Shown piece after piece: positions 61,054 through 64,000 of a DNA stretch of 64,000 nucleotides. Position numbers and translations under genes: made by a program. The first letter of the stretch is position 1. The number at the start of each line of letters is the position of its first letter. The stretch is from Fimbriosthenelais zetlandica (Eukaryota): the NCBI GenBank assembly GCA_977030845.1, contig OZ365110.1, forward strand, positions 23,560,001-23,624,000. The letters run 5' to 3'. The notes below the pieces were generated by a model. The model had not been told where the DNA came from, did no database searches, and worked only from the letters and a program-made list of their open reading frames with translations.

Positions 61054-64000
61054 TATTGCTGTTGCTGCTACATCCATATTTTCGGTCAAATTCTTTTCTA
61101 CCATAATCAGCCTCTGCTGGATAGACAAAATAGACATGAAGTGGACCAGACACCGGATGTTTTATAATAAGATTGAGTCAATCAGTCTGGCGAGGTGTTA
61201 GGGAGCGTTATAATGGGTTTTTAGTGGTATTTTTTTGCTCTATATAGAGGACACTTTTTTATACATAGAGGATGGTTAATGGATGTAATGGTCGATAAGC
61301 CGGGGGAAGGACGGTCGGGAGGGTCAGACGAGGGCAATGGATATCTGCCTATAGATCTCTCTATACTCATCATCTCGATTGAAGGGAGTGACCTCTTCAA
61401 ACGAAAGGCCCTTCTATCCTGTCTTGTAGAGCCATTCTCTTGCTTTGAGGATTTTTACATGGTAGTAAGATTGGCAGAATAAAAGGCATGCTTGCAGCTG
61501 TCCTCAGGTTTCGACACGCATGGACTATCCCATTCAAACAGATATCTTATTGCAATGATGGATCAATTATATTGTCTAGCACCAGTATCCTTATAGAGGA
61601 TTGTTTTCGCCTAGATATGGCTTTCAGGGGCATACAATACATTCTTAAATTCATCTTCTATTACCCTGAAGGACAAAGTAGTATAAAGTGAGAACATATA
61701 GATGTAATCCCTCTGAGGTTACAAGGCAAAAGCCAACCTTGTCATGTCAATAATAAGTCTGCTCTGACAATCTCATGAGACGGTATATGCATGATAGCTA
61801 CATTTTTCATTTCAGAACTCATTTTAATCAGCTCACCCAAGGCTGCTTCCCATTCCACTAATTTAATTCCATGATTTATTACTCTGTATAACTCTATTCC
61901 ATGGCTTTATTTGAACAGAAGTTGAGTAGTGCATCACTGATTTATAGAGTGAAAGCGGCTTAACTCAATTTATAATTTATCAACCCTTTTGCCATATTTT
62001 CGGTAGTATTACAACTTAATTCCACCCCGAATAGGAGGAGGCAAGATGTGTGGAAGCCTTTTAACACCAATATGAAGGGGGCATCTATCTATTCTGGTCG
62101 CAGCCTCGGGCATCAATTGGATTTTAGTTTGAGCTGGGGATCCATTTATCTGAGCACAGTTGCAGACTGGTAAAGATCATTATGATTGAATTTCACTAGG
62201 ACGCCCGTGACTTCATAAGCAGGAAAGGGAATTCCATTCTAATCTGGATGTCTAAGTCCGTACTTCTAAATAATATAGTGATCATTCCATTCACCAGTAT
62301 TAAAATGATTCCCTTACAAATCCACACAGGGATACAATATACAATAACATTATAATATAAATGTATAACACAGATTTAATATTAACAGACCAAATATTTA
62401 TGATAGCCTATATAAAATACCACACTCTTAAAATTTCACATCTTTGGAAGAAGAGAAATGTTATATTCACTAGGAAATTCCCTCCATGACTCTTATCTAG
62501 CGGTCTCTGACACACTTTCACTTTTGACTGTGTGTTGACCACGGCTTATAGCCTTTCATTTTCCAGAAGACTTGCCACTGATCAAAGACTGAACATTTCG
62601 TGCCAGCTGCCTGGATTGGTTCGTTAGATGACTGGCAATATGATGGTGTAGAGATATGTAACTTCTTGGTTTCAGCAAAGAGTCTTACAATAATGGTAAA
62701 CATGAATGAGTAATGACATACCTCCATGACCTGTGAAGAATGAACCCTGTATCCAAACACAGACGAGTTGATGTCCCCCGGATTGACACAGGGCCACTGC
62801 CATCTTTGTGTTCCTCTTGCTTGGTGGCCGTTTTTCCGAAGCTTCCAATTGACCGACTTTACAGTTACTGCAAAGGAATTGAAGCGATGTACAACACAAT
62901 CTTCACATTTATTTTCTAGATTAGTTTCTAGGAAATTGTTTCATCCGTTGGATGGATTAATAATTAGTTAAAAATAATCAGGTTTGTGTTTTGCAAGGCA
63001 AATAGTTAAAGCCTGCGCGGAGTGTTTTGCTGATTGACCTTTTTGACCTTGTCGGAGAAGTGGATCAGCGTTAAGTGAGGCAGGTAGGTATGGCTTATCA
63101 TTAGTCAACCTTCTGTTTGATCAGCTCCTGATAATGCTTGTCACCGCCAGGGGGCTGTAGAGAGGAAGGGCAATGACCTCACTGCCCTCTCCGATTTCAC
63201 GATCAATAGAACACCAGCGGGGGCTACATATATGGTTTGGTAGCTGTGGTTTTATGAGCCTCACACTGTGTGTAAATGTTGGTGGATAAAAGATGGTCAT
63301 AGTTTCCCCCTTTTTATTTGTAAAGTCTCTACAATTGTAAAATCATGCATTATTGATGCCAAGCCGAAGCCAACTATAAAAATCCGGAATAGTTGCGATC
63401 GCTCCTTTATATTTCGGGGTTGCTCCCCAGGTTTTTATGTGTCGATGAAGAAAAGGTGGTCCCTACTCGTCTTTGGTTCCTCGATTGAAAACCAATGCAT
63501 AATTGATGTAATGCTTAATACTGATGCAAGATCCAAGATGTTCCCGATATCTGTTGTATGGGTGGGATAGCTAGTTCCTAGGCTTGGGAATAGGGGGGGA
63601 TCTGAGGTTGAGCTTAATCTCAGAAACTTTCCCTTCACTACGAATTCCTAAAATACAAAAAAAATCGTGACAAATGCATTTTCCATATCTTGACAAAAGT
63701 CACACATATTGATGCCTAGAATATTTCTTAACACACAGGAATGGGGAGGCATACTTTTCATTGTGGTAACTTTACAAGCTCGCTTTCACGGATGTGAATG
63801 TTTTTGAGAAGGCATGTGCCACTCAACTATAGAAAGGAATGCTGAATGTCAGCAAAAAGGAAAAAAAATGGAATATTTATCAAAATTTCTCTTTCCGAGA
63901 TAGAGCCATTCTTTACCGACGGCAGATAGAGACTTCATTGTCCTCAATGTCCTTCTATACTGACTCAAACAACTAGCTCAACCGTCGAGAATTGATGACA

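Noticed and set aside
464-63638. The remaining 60-130-aa ORFs in the track
   Set aside because: No recognisable domains, mutually overlapping frames, and lengths consistent with chance in non-coding DNA.

Overview
AT-rich animal (invertebrate bilaterian-like) genomic DNA that is almost entirely non-coding. The only well-supported protein-coding sequence is an intronless 464-aa aminergic GPCR at 50062-51456 (+), of the tyramine-1 / Oct-TyrR family. Splice-signal reading suggests two things the ORF track does not show. First, there are two isolated + strand micro-exons (22016-22061 and 36503-36527) that may form a spliced leader for the receptor or belong to a host gene. Second, there is a compact 5-exon minus-strand transcript without a long ORF at about 33.0-35.36 kb. 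That transcript is bracketed by two direct cassettes that share four exact motifs in the same order. The rest is non-autonomous transposon debris (a Helentron/HINE-like element, a Harbinger-type MITE, fold-backs), weak LINE/Penelope relics and short tandem duplications. All calls are by eye; no database searches were run.
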